Positions 18,357 through 27,956 of a DNA stretch of 64,000 nt are shown here, piece after piece. Source of the stretch: an uncultured Actinomycetota bacterium (lineage in GTDB: Bacteria; Actinomycetota; Actinomycetes; Propionibacteriales; Nocardioidaceae). The notes beneath the pieces are model-generated. The model was not told where the DNA came from and did no database searches. It was given only the letters and a program-made list of their open reading frames with translations. The DNA lies in assembly GCA_963837995.1 (NCBI GenBank), contig CAWIPS010000010.1, positions 34,285 through 98,284 on the forward strand. Direction: 5' to 3'. The position numbers were made by a program, and so were the translations under genes. Numbering within the stretch: the stretch's first letter is position 1; each line of letters opens with the position of its first letter.

Positions 18357-20070
18357 CCGCCGGGGCCTTCCTGCGGCGCACGGACCAGCCCGCGCGTGCC
18401 GGGCAACGACTGGCCCTCGCTGCGGCCCGACCCGCTCGGTGAGCTGGCGCCCACCCGGACGGTCACGTGGTGGTCCCTGCCTACCAGGCGTGGCGGACCC
18501 TGCCTTACACGCTGGCGGCACTGGCCCACCAGACCTACCCCGCGGAGCTGACCGAGGTGGTCATCGTCGACGACGGCAGCGACCCACCGCTGACGCTGCC
18601 CCGCGTGCGCCCGGCGCACACCAGGATCGTGACGACCGCCGGTCCTGGGGACGTGCGCATGCCTGCCACGTGGGGCCTGCGCGGCCGCGGGCGACGTGCT
18701 GCACTGGCTGGACGCGGACATGCTTCCGCATCGCGACGAGATCGAGGCGCAGATGCGCTGGCACCACCTGCTCGGACTACGCCGTCGTGCTCGGCACCAA
18801 GACGTTCGTCGACGTCGACCGACGGCCTGCCTGGCCTCGAGGACGTCGCCGGAGGCGGTGCGCGAGGGCCGGGCCGCCGAGCTGTTCGCGGGCCGGTGGA
18901 CCGCGCCGCACGAGTGGGTCGAGGAGCACCTCGAGCGCACCCACGGGCTCACCGCCAACCCGACCACGAGCTATCTCGTCCACGTCGGCGCGAGCGCATC
19001 CGTCGGCCGCGATCTCTACCTGGACTCCGGAGGGATGGACCCGGCGCTCAAGGCGGGCGAGGACATCGAGCTCGGCTACCGGCTCGCCCAGCAGGGCGCG
19101 GTCTGTTCGTGCCCGGACCGCGAGGCCCGGTCCTGGCACCTGGGCCGGTCGACGCTGATGGGGTGACCAGGAGGCAGTCAACGCCTACAACCGGCCCTTC
19201 GTCACCGACCGGGTGCCCGACCTGCGGCACTGGCGGACCAAGGGTCGCTCCTACACCGTCCCGTGGGTCGAGGTGGTGGTCGACGCGACCGACCACACCT
19301 TCGAGGAGGTCCGGCACTCCGTCACCGGCGTCCTGACCGGCAGCTCCCAGCGATGTCCGGGCCGTCGTCGTCGGTCCCTGGTCGCGGCTGACGGACGGAC
19401 GCCGGCCCCGCTGCTGGGGACCCGGACCTGAACCTGCGGATGGTCCGCGCGGAGCTGGTCGGCGACCCCCGCGTCCGGTTCGTCGAGGAGCTGCCCCGCA
19501 CGGCGTTCCCGGCGACGTTCCGGCTGCTTCTGCCGGCCGGCTGGGCACCGGGCCCGACACCCTCCGCCGGCTGGCCCGCGAGATGACCCACCGGGACCGT
19601 GGGCTGGTCTCGCTGGCACTGCCGGACGGCCGGGTGGCGCGTCTGGAGCGGACCTCCGCGTTCAACCGGGCGGCCCGCGTCGCAGCCAGCCGACCCGACG
19701 GCACCACGAGGATGGGCTCGACGAGGTGGTCGACCAGGTGTCGAGGGCCTGGTGGTTCGACGGCGCCGAGGAGGGGTTCCACCACCTCGCCGACGCGACG
19801 GCGCCGTCGGCTGGGGCCGCCTCAGCAGCCGGCCCGGCCACCTCGGCTCCGGCCACCGGGCCCGGCCACCCGCGGCCCCGGCGGAGGTCCGCAGCCAGGA
19901 GACGGAGGGCGGCCGCGGCCGCCCGGACCGGGGCGGCGCGGCGCTCGGACCTGCCCGCCACAGACGCCCCCGCGGACCCCGGTGCACCCGCCGACGCCGC
20001 GGAGCGCGGACCCGCCCGCAGGCTGCTCGGGCGGGCGGTCCGCCGCCGGCAGCAGCCCCCCGCTCGATGA
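18353..20070 (+). CDS. GT2 family glycosyltransferase, multiply frameshifted
   Basis: Fragments [55 protein letters not shown] in successive frames; ends ...QQPPAR-TGA overlapping the nuoD-like ATG. Confidence 0.65.
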
Positions 20071-21224
20071 GCGGGCTCACCCGGTCGACCGTCGGGGTGG
20101 GGGCCGCGGCCGGCGTGACCAGCCACGACCTGGTCCTCGACATGGGCCCCCACCACCCCTCCACGCACGGCATGCTGCGGCTGCGGCTGACGCTCGAGGG
20201 GGAGCACATCGTGGGCTGCGAGCCGGAGGTGGGGTTCCTGCACCGGGGGGTCGAGAAGCTCTTCGAGGTGCGGGACTACCGGCAGATCATCATGCTCGCC
20301 AACCGGCACGACTGGCTCTCGGCGTTCTCCTCCGAGCTGGGGGTCGTGCTCGCGGTGGAGCGGATGCTCGGCCTGGAGGTCCCGCAGCGGGCCACCTGGA
20401 CGCGCACCCTGCTCGCCGAGCTGAACAGGGTGCTGAGCCACCTGATGTTCCTCGGCGCCTGCCCCGTGGAGCCGGCGCCGTCGCCGATGCCGACGTTCCG
20501 CGAGCGGGAGGCGGTCCAGGCGGTGATGGAGGAGCTGTCCGGTGGCCGGATGCACTACATGTTCAACCGGGTCGGCGGCCTCCGGGAGGACCTCCCTGCG
20601 GGGTGGCCGGCCCGGGTCGCCCGGGTGGTGGCCCAGGTCCGCGCATCGCTCCCCCGCGTCGAGGAGGCGGTCCTCGGCAGGCCGGGCTTCGACTCCGCCA
20701 CCCGTGGCATCGGGGTGCTGGACCCCGCGCTGGTCGACGCGTACGGCGTCAGCGGCCCCCTCGCGCGGGCCTCCGGCGTCGACGTCGACCTGCGCCGCGA
20801 CGAGCCCTACCTCGCCTACGCCGACCTGCTCCGCGACGGGGTCCTCGAGGTGCCGGTGCGCCACGAGGGCGACTGCGCCGCGAGGTTCCGGCTGCTGCTG
20901 GACCAGGTGGGAGCGTCCCTGACCCTCGCCGAGGCGTGCCTCGAGCGGCTCGGGTCCCTCGGGACGGGGCCGGTCAACGTGCGCCTCCCGAAGATCCTGC
21001 GGCCGCCGGAGGGCTCGACGTACGCCTGGACGGAGAGCCCGCTGGGCATCAACGGCTACTACCTGGTGTCCCGCGCGGAGAGGACGCCGTGGCGGATGAA
21101 GGTGCGCACCGCGTCCTTCAACAACGTGGCGGTGCTGCCCGCCGTGCTGGAGGGCTGCCGGGTCTCCGACCTGGCGGTCGTCCTGGGGTCGCTGTTCTTC
21201 GTGGTGGGCGACATCGACAAATGA
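20067..21224 (+). CDS. nuoD: Stand-alone NADH-quinone oxidoreductase subunit D-like protein (49 kDa subunit family)
   Basis: [65 protein letters not shown], terminal VVGDIDK; no CxxC Ni ligands. Confidence 0.9.
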   Translation: MSGLTRSTVGVGAAAGVTSHDLVLDMGPHHPSTHGMLRLRLTLEGEHIVGCEPEVGFLHRGVEKLFEVRDYRQIIMLANRHDWLSAFSSELGVVLAVERMLGLEVPQRATWTRTLLAELNRVLSHLMFLGACPVEPAPSPMPTFREREAVQAVMEELSGGRMHYMFNRVGGLREDLPAGWPARVARVVAQVRASLPRVEEAVLGRPGFDSATRGIGVLDPALVDAYGVSGPLARASGVDVDLRRDEPYLAYADLLRDGVLEVPVRHEGDCAARFRLLLDQVGASLTLAEACLERLGSLGTGPVNVRLPKILRPPEGSTYAWTESPLGINGYYLVSRAERTPWRMKVRTASFNNVAVLPAVLEGCRVSDLAVVLGSLFFVVGDIDK

Positions 21225-21306
21225 GACGTTCGGTATTGTCGCCTCGCAACCTCGCCCTCCCCGCCGCTTTCGCGCCCGCCCACCCCCGACCCAGGCCGGA
21301 GACCCC

Positions 21307-22419
21307 ATGCCGCCCGACGCCGACCCCGATCCGGGACAGGTGCTGCTCGTCGTCGTGACCGGGTCCGGGCGCAGCGGCACGAGCACGGTGGCCGGCACCC
21401 TGAAGATGCTCGGCAGCTATGTCCCGCAGCCCGAGATCGCGCCGAACGAGGCGAACCCCCGCGGCTACTTCGAGCCCAAGTGGACCGTCGCGTTCCACAA
21501 GAAGGTGCTGGCCGAGGCGGGCGTGCGCACCCTGGACGGCCGGCCCGTCGCCCGCGAGCTGATGGAGCCGGTGACCGGTCGCGAGGACCTGCTCGCCGAG
21601 CTCCGCGACTGGTTCGCGACCCAGCTCCAGGCCCCCCAGGTGGTGGTCAAGGACCCCCGCATCGTCTGGCTCCGCGACATGTGGTCCACGGTGGCCGGCG
21701 ACCTCGGCGCCGGCACCCGGTGGCTGACCATGCTGCGGCATCCCGCGGAGGTGGTCGGCTCCCGCGACCGGCACTACCTCGCGGGTGCCGACGACGTGCG
21801 CCGGTTGGCCCGCGAGACCGCCAACCTCGCCGGCTGGGTGAACGTCGGGCTGGTCAACGAGCGGGCCTCCCGGGGCGACCGGCGCGTCTTCGTGCACTAC
21901 ACGGACATGATCAGCGACTGGCGCTCTGCGATGGGGGTGGTGGCCGACCGGCTCGGTCTGACCTACGACGTCGACCTCGCCGACGGGGCGCACCACCCGG
22001 TCGACGACTTCATCGACGTCAGCCTTCGCCGGGTGCAGGTGACGCTCGACGACCTCGATGTGCCGGCCAACCTGCGGGAGATCGCCGAGACCGTGTGGAG
22101 CGGGCTCGCGGCACTGGCCCGGGACCCGGACGACGCGGCGGCCATGCGCAGCCTCGACGGTGCCCGCGAGGACTACGACCAGCTCTTCCGGCACTCCGCG
22201 GCCCTCGTGCAGGACGCCACCGACTTCGCCGTGCTCGACACCAGGCGGCGGGTGCGGCGCAACGTCACCCGCAGCCTGACCAAGGAGCTCCAGGCCCAGC
22301 AGACCGAGCAGGCCCAGCAGGCCCAGCAGGACGAGCAGGGGGGGCCGGCAGCGACGGGTGCGCTGCTGCGCCGGGCCGCCGCCAAGGCCCGGCGCGTGCT
22401 GAGCGAGCGCCGCGGATGA
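21307..22419 (+). CDS. Sulfotransferase-family protein
   Basis: VVVTGSGRSGTSTV, NEANPRGYFE, VVKDPR, MLRHPAEVVGS, VFVHYTDMISDW. Confidence 0.75.
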   Translation: MPPDADPDPGQVLLVVVTGSGRSGTSTVAGTLKMLGSYVPQPEIAPNEANPRGYFEPKWTVAFHKKVLAEAGVRTLDGRPVARELMEPVTGREDLLAELRDWFATQLQAPQVVVKDPRIVWLRDMWSTVAGDLGAGTRWLTMLRHPAEVVGSRDRHYLAGADDVRRLARETANLAGWVNVGLVNERASRGDRRVFVHYTDMISDWRSAMGVVADRLGLTYDVDLADGAHHPVDDFIDVSLRRVQVTLDDLDVPANLREIAETVWSGLAALARDPDDAAAMRSLDGAREDYDQLFRHSAALVQDATDFAVLDTRRRVRRNVTRSLTKELQAQQTEQAQQAQQDEQGGPAATGALLRRAAAKARRVLSERRG

Positions 22420-25082
22420 CCCCAGCCGAGCTCGTGTCGGCTGCCCGCCGCAGGCTCGCCGTGGGGACGCGGCTGCGCGCCGGCGAGGCCCAGGTCCTCG
22501 CGGCGCGCTACGCCCGGTGGCGCACCCAGCCGGTGCAGCCGCGCACGGTGCTCTACGAGGCGTTCTCCGGCAACGGCATGCTCGACAACCCCGAGGCGAT
22601 CTTCCGGCACCTGCTGACCCAGCCGGACATGGCCGACCTCAGGCATGTGTGGGTGCTCGACGACCTGGAGGCGCACCCGGAGGTGCGGGCCGAGTTCGCG
22701 GAGCACCCGCGGGTGCGGTTCGTCCAGATCCGCTCGGCGGCCTACTTCAAGGCGCTGGCCACCTCGACGTACCTCGTGAACAACGCGACCTTCCCGCAGG
22801 AGTTCGCGAAACGACCCGAGCAGGTCTACCTCAACACCTGGCACGGCGTGCCCCTCAAGCACATGGGCTTCGACATGCCCGAGGGCGGCCCGTTGTCGCG
22901 CAACGTGCTCCGCAACTTCCTGAACGCCGACTACCTGCTCAGCGCGTGCCCCTTCATGACCCGCACGATGTACCGCGACGCCTACCGGCTGCAGGGCATC
23001 TTCCGGGGCGCCGTGGTCGAGGAGGGCCAGCCCCGCACCGACCGGCAGGTCCAGGCGGCGTCCCGTCCCGAGGACGCCCGGCGTCTGCTCGCCGAGCGAG
23101 GGGTCGACATCGGCGACCGCCGGGTGGTGCTGTTCGCACCCACGTGGCGGGGTGACTCGTTCACGGATCCGCACGTCAACGCGGCCCAGCTCGTGTCCAC
23201 GGTCCGCGAGCTGCAGAAGGGGCTCGGTGACGAGCACGTCGTGCTGCTCAAGGTCCACCAGGCCGTCTTCGAGAGGGCCCAGAAGCGCGTCGGCCAGCAC
23301 AGCTTCCTGGTCCCCAACAGCATCCCCACCAACGTGGTGCTGGCGGTCGCGGACGTGCTGGTGACCGACTACTCCAGCATCTTCTTCGACTTCGCCGGCA
23401 CCGGGCGCCCGATCGTGCACTTCGTGCCGGACCTGTCGGCCTACAGCCGGGGCCGCGGGCTCTACCTCGAGGAGGCCGAGCTGCCCGGGCCGTTGTGCGC
23501 CACGGTCGAGGAGACGCTCCAGGAGGTCCGCGCCGGACTGTCTGCCGGTACGTCGCAGCGGGTGCAGGCCTTCGCCGAGACCTACGCCCCCCGCGACGAC
23601 GGCTCGGTGTGCGCGCGGGTGGTGGACCTGGTGTTCCGGGGGCGTGAGGAGTCCCCCTCCACCGTGCACCGCGACTTCGGCACGGACAAGGAGACCCTGC
23701 TGGTCTACCTGGGCAGCATGAAGTCCCAGGGCATCACCAGCTCGGCGCTGAACATGCTGCGCAACCTCGACTTCGACCGCTACGACGTCACCGCGTTCTT
23801 CCCCTGGACCCGCGGGCGGGACCGCTACAAGAACATCCTGCTCGTCGACGACCGGGTGCGGATCGTCCCCCGGGCGACGCTGTTCATCGGGTCCCCGCGC
23901 CGGGTGCGGGAGGAGACCCGGAACCTGATGACCAACGGCCTCCCGGCCGCCCTCGACGAGCGGCACACGAGGTTCTGGGCCGACGAGTGGCAGCGGATGT
24001 TCGGCCACGCCCGCTTCGACCACCTCATCGACTTCAGCGGCTACGGCTGCTACACGCCGTTCCTCTACAGCGTGACCCCGGCGAGCACCAAGTCGATCTG
24101 GCTGCACAACGACATGCACGCCGACATGCAGAGGGAGACCATCGGGGAGAAGCACCTCGAGGACCGGCTGCGGGCCGTCTTCTCGACCTACCGCTACTTC
24201 GACCACCTGGTGTCGGTCTCACCGTCCCTGGACCGGGTGAACCGCGAGAAGCTGTCCGGCTACGCGCGTCCGGACCAGTTCACCTACGCCGCGAACACCA
24301 TCGACGGTGACCGGGTGCTGCGGATGGCCGGCTTCTCCCCCGAGGAGTCCCCCGACGACGCGCGCGCCTCGGGCAGCGTGCGCAGGGCGGTGTCGGCGTC
24401 GGCCTCGGAGCGCTCCGCCACCTTCGACACCGAGAACCTCGCCGCTGCGGTCACCAGCCTGCTCCAGCACTACCAGCCGATGCCGGTGATCCGGGAGATC
24501 CGGAGCCGGCTGCACTTCGTGCGGGCGGAGGTCGGTGACGACGAGGCGGTGTTCGTGACCGTGGGCAGGCTCTCGCCGGAGAAGAACCACGCACGGCTGG
24601 TCCGGGCGTTCGCGGAGGTCCACGAGGAGCAGCCGGCCACCAGGCTGGTCATCATCGGCGGCGGGAAGCTGGAGTTCGAGCTCGACGACCTGGTGCACAG
24701 CCTGGGGCTGGAGTCCGCGGTGACGCTGACCCGCCAGGTGGACAACCCCTACGCGATCATGGCCGAGTCGCACTGCTTCGTGCTCTCCAGCGACTACGAG
24801 GGCCAGCCCATGGTGATCCTGGAGGCCCGGGTGCTGGGGCTGCCGGTGGTCACCACGGCGTTCTCCTCGGTCGGCGACTCGGTCCCCGCCGGGGCCGGGC
24901 TCGTGGTCCCGCAGACCGTCGCGGGCGTCGCCGACGGGATGCGCCAGTTCCTGGCCGGCAAGGTGCCCTCCTCGACCCTGGACGCGCACGCCTACAACCG
25001 GGCTGCGATGGAGCAGTTCGACCGTGCCGTGCACGGTCTCTCACCAGAGCTCGAGCAGCCGGTCGACGGTCTGGGCGGCTGA
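22416..25082 (+). CDS. CDP-glycerol glycerophosphotransferase (TagF-like) fused to GT4 glycosyltransferase
   Basis: NTWHGVPLKHMG, FAPTWRG, VLVTDYSSIFFDF; C-term FVTVGRLSPEKNH, LSSDYEGQPMVILEA. Real start ATG 22416 (ATGA overlap), not ORF-track 21480. Confidence 0.9.
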   Translation: MTPAELVSAARRRLAVGTRLRAGEAQVLAARYARWRTQPVQPRTVLYEAFSGNGMLDNPEAIFRHLLTQPDMADLRHVWVLDDLEAHPEVRAEFAEHPRVRFVQIRSAAYFKALATSTYLVNNATFPQEFAKRPEQVYLNTWHGVPLKHMGFDMPEGGPLSRNVLRNFLNADYLLSACPFMTRTMYRDAYRLQGIFRGAVVEEGQPRTDRQVQAASRPEDARRLLAERGVDIGDRRVVLFAPTWRGDSFTDPHVNAAQLVSTVRELQKGLGDEHVVLLKVHQAVFERAQKRVGQHSFLVPNSIPTNVVLAVADVLVTDYSSIFFDFAGTGRPIVHFVPDLSAYSRGRGLYLEEAELPGPLCATVEETLQEVRAGLSAGTSQRVQAFAETYAPRDDGSVCARVVDLVFRGREESPSTVHRDFGTDKETLLVYLGSMKSQGITSSALNMLRNLDFDRYDVTAFFPWTRGRDRYKNILLVDDRVRIVPRATLFIGSPRRVREETRNLMTNGLPAALDERHTRFWADEWQRMFGHARFDHLIDFSGYGCYTPFLYSVTPASTKSIWLHNDMHADMQRETIGEKHLEDRLRAVFSTYRYFDHLVSVSPSLDRVNREKLSGYARPDQFTYAANTIDGDRVLRMAGFSPEESPDDARASGSVRRAVSASASERSATFDTENLAAAVTSLLQHYQPMPVIREIRSRLHFVRAEVGDDEAVFVTVGRLSPEKNHARLVRAFAEVHEEQPATRLVIIGGGKLEFELDDLVHSLGLESAVTLTRQVDNPYAIMAESHCFVLSSDYEGQPMVILEARVLGLPVVTTAFSSVGDSVPAGAGLVVPQTVAGVADGMRQFLAGKVPSSTLDAHAYNRAAMEQFDRAVHGLSPELEQPVDGLGG

Positions 25083-27956
25083 CCGGCCGCTCTCCAGCGG
25101 GCAGAACCGGGCCCGGAACCGGGCCCGCCGTGCGGCGTCGCCGTCCTCACTTCGCAGCGCCTCCACCACCCCGGCGGTGGACCGGGTCATCGGGCCCGGG
25201 GCGTGCTTCTCGAGGTCGAAGTAGAAGCCCCGCTCCACCTCGCGGTACTGCTCGAGGTCCGGAGTCAGCAGCACGATCGGCCTGTCGGTGAGCACGAAGT
25301 CGAACATCACCGAGGAGTAGTCGGTCACCAGCACGTCCGCCGCGAGGTACAGCTCCGCGATGTCCGGGTAGCGGGTGACGTCGTGGATCCTCGGCCGGTC
25401 GCCGTACGCCTCGGGCTCGGTGGTGGCGGTGTAGTGACCGCGCACCAGCACCACGACGTCCGGGCACGCCCGGATCACCTCGTCCGCGTCGAGGAGCAGC
25501 GGCTTGGACTCCCGCTCCCCGAGGTGGCTGCGCCAGGTGGGTGCGTAGAGCAGCGCCCGGTCCTCGGGCCGCAGGCCGAGCCGGCGGCGCACCCGGGCCC
25601 GGACCTCGCCCGCGTCGTCCGCGAGCAGCAGGTCGTTGCGCGGGTAGCCCACCTCCCACAGCGGGCCCTCGTAGCGGAAGGCACTGCGGAAGATGTCGGA
25701 GGTCTCGGGGCCCGGTGAGAGCAGCGCGTCCCACCGCGCCGCCTGGGCGTTGATCCGGCGCCGGTGTCGCCAGGTCGCGAAGTCGCCGGGGCCGCGGTCT
25801 TCCCCGATGTGCTTGAGGGGGGTGCCGTGCCAGGTCTGCAGGTGGATCTGCCCGGGCCGCTTCTCGAACCAGTACGGCGCCCCGGCGTTCGCGACGTAGG
25901 CGTGGGCGTGCCCCAGGGCGTCGTACCACTCCTGCGAGCGGCGTACGACGGCCCGGGTGCCCGTCGGCACGACCACCCCCGGGTCGTCGACGACCCAGGC
26001 CAGGTCGAGTGCCAGGTCGCGGGCGAGCAGCTCCCGGCAGATCGCACCCGGGTTGTCAGCGACGCTCCGGCCGCGGAAGCTCTCCAGCAGGACCGTCCGG
26101 TCGTAGGACGGCGCGTCGGGCGACGCCGGGGCCGCGTAGACCCGGGAGAGCAGCTGCTGCTGGGCGAAGGGCCCGCGCTCGTGGGCCCGCAGCGGCGCTC
26201 GGACCCGCAGCGCGAGGACCTGGTCGTCACCGGCGAGCGTCACCCGCTGACGGTCGTCGACCAGCTCGGGTGGCCGGTCGAGGAGCCCGGCCGACCAGCG
26301 CGCCGACACCTCCGACCCGTCCCGGCCCGTCAGCCGCAGCTCGTAGCGCCCGGCCCGCAGCCGCACCGGCTCGCCGAGCTGCAGGCTGCTGAGCCGGACC
26401 GCGCCGGTGAACCGCCCGTCCCGGACCTCCAGCACCGCCGGTGACGAGCTGGCGTGGACGCCGGTGAGGTTCGCACCGAGCTCCGTCTCGCTGCTGCGAC
26501 CGGCCAGGGTCAGGACACCCGCTGCCAGGGAGAGGGAGTCCACCTCGGCTCGAGCCGGCGGCTGTGGAGCGGGCGGGCCGGCGACCTCGTGACGGGTGGT
26601 CCGCCCCGCCGCGTCCACCTCGACGGTCCAGTGGGTGCCCGGGCGACCCGCCAGCACCGACGCGTCGAACCACGCCGTCCAGCCGGCGTCCGACCTGTCC
26701 TCGAAGGCGCGCGCGGCCCACTCGTCGGTGCGCTGGTCGCGGCGGAGCTCGACGTGCAGCGGCACCGGGCCGTCCGGGCCGAGCAGCGTCACCTCGGGCA
26801 GCGGCATCTCCTCGACGTACTCGGTGAACGTCGCCCCCTCGACCCGGCACCGTCTCCCCACCACGGCCGTCCGCCCGGACACCCAGACCCGTGGCCTGCG
26901 GTCCACCTCCTGAACGGCCCGCCACTGCAGGGGTACGTCGACCGACAGGCTGTCGGGGACCGGCGCGACCCCGTCCCGGACCGGGAGCCCGTGCGGATGG
27001 TCGGCCAGCAGGTCCTGGACCAACGCGACGTCCTGCAGCGTGCCGTGCCGCACCGGCCACGCGCCGAGCCGGGCCGCCAGCGGGACCCGTCGGGGGTCCA
27101 TCGCGTCGAGGAGGGCGGCACTTCCCTCGGCGAGGACCGTGAGGTAGGGCTCTGCGCCGCCGACCGCGTCGACGTACAACGGGGGCAGGAGGTGGGTGGC
27201 GACCAGGTCGCACCAGCCCGGCGGGGCGGTGGGAAGGGCCCGGCGGAGCGCGCCGAGCCGGGTGGCCAGCACCTGCGGCTGGAACCGCGGCTGCTCGCGC
27301 ACCGGGAGCCACCTGCTGTCCTGCGTCGACTCGGCCACCACCCGAGCCAGGACGTCGAAGGAGCCGGCCGCCGAGTAGGCCGCGAGCACCGCTGCCGGAC
27401 CGGCCTCGGCGACACCTCCCGGTCGCAGCCGCAGCCCGGCGCTGCGCCAGCAGTCGAGCCGGAACATCTTGTTGCTCACCGAGAGGTCCACGAGCGCCAG
27501 CGGGCAGGAGGCGGTGCTCTGCCGCAGCCGCCGTCGGCTGAACAGCTCCTCCGACCAGCCACGAGGAGCGGGGTCGCGGAGGTCCCCCACGACCAGGTCC
27601 GAGCCGGTCTCGTCCAGGACGGCCGCCATCGCCGCCCAGGCGTCCGGCACCAGCGTCTCGCCGCGGGCGAGCACGACGAGGTAGTCCCCGCCGGCGGCGC
27701 CCACCGCACCGTCCAGGGTGGTCGACCGGGAGACCGTCAGGTCGGCGACGGCGCCCGGCAGGTCCACGTCCGGCTCACAGACGACCACGAGCTCCAGGTC
27801 GGGTGCTCCACCGGCGGGCAGCCGCCGTGACAGCAGGTCAAGGGAATCGACGCCCTCGAGGACCACCGAGACCCGCCGCCGCGCCGTCCGTCGTCCGGCC
27901 GTCCTGGACCTGAGGCCGCGGGCCAGCCGCCGAGCGGTCCCGCCCAGTCGTCTCAC
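25041..27956 (-). CDS. CDP-glycerol glycerophosphotransferase (TagF-like) with degenerate N-terminal GT2-like domain
   Basis: LQTWHGTPLKHIG, LYAPTWRS, DVLVTDYSSVMFDF; start GTG 27956 overlaps the GNAT stop (GTGA). Confidence 0.85.
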   Translation of the reverse strand: MRRLGGTARRLARGLRSRTAGRRTARRRVSVVLEGVDSLDLLSRRLPAGGAPDLELVVVCEPDVDLPGAVADLTVSRSTTLDGAVGAAGGDYLVVLARGETLVPDAWAAMAAVLDETGSDLVVGDLRDPAPRGWSEELFSRRRLRQSTASCPLALVDLSVSNKMFRLDCWRSAGLRLRPGGVAEAGPAAVLAAYSAAGSFDVLARVVAESTQDSRWLPVREQPRFQPQVLATRLGALRRALPTAPPGWCDLVATHLLPPLYVDAVGGAEPYLTVLAEGSAALLDAMDPRRVPLAARLGAWPVRHGTLQDVALVQDLLADHPHGLPVRDGVAPVPDSLSVDVPLQWRAVQEVDRRPRVWVSGRTAVVGRRCRVEGATFTEYVEEMPLPEVTLLGPDGPVPLHVELRRDQRTDEWAARAFEDRSDAGWTAWFDASVLAGRPGTHWTVEVDAAGRTTRHEVAGPPAPQPPARAEVDSLSLAAGVLTLAGRSSETELGANLTGVHASSSPAVLEVRDGRFTGAVRLSSLQLGEPVRLRAGRYELRLTGRDGSEVSARWSAGLLDRPPELVDDRQRVTLAGDDQVLALRVRAPLRAHERGPFAQQQLLSRVYAAPASPDAPSYDRTVLLESFRGRSVADNPGAICRELLARDLALDLAWVVDDPGVVVPTGTRAVVRRSQEWYDALGHAHAYVANAGAPYWFEKRPGQIHLQTWHGTPLKHIGEDRGPGDFATWRHRRRINAQAARWDALLSPGPETSDIFRSAFRYEGPLWEVGYPRNDLLLADDAGEVRARVRRRLGLRPEDRALLYAPTWRSHLGERESKPLLLDADEVIRACPDVVVLVRGHYTATTEPEAYGDRPRIHDVTRYPDIAELYLAADVLVTDYSSVMFDFVLTDRPIVLLTPDLEQYREVERGFYFDLEKHAPGPMTRSTAGVVEALRSEDGDAARRARFRARFCPLESGRSAAQTVDRLLELW

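Noticed and set aside
20067-21224. [NiFe]-hydrogenase large subunit
   Set aside because: No RxCxxC or DPCxxC ligands; ends VVGDIDK like complex I subunit D.
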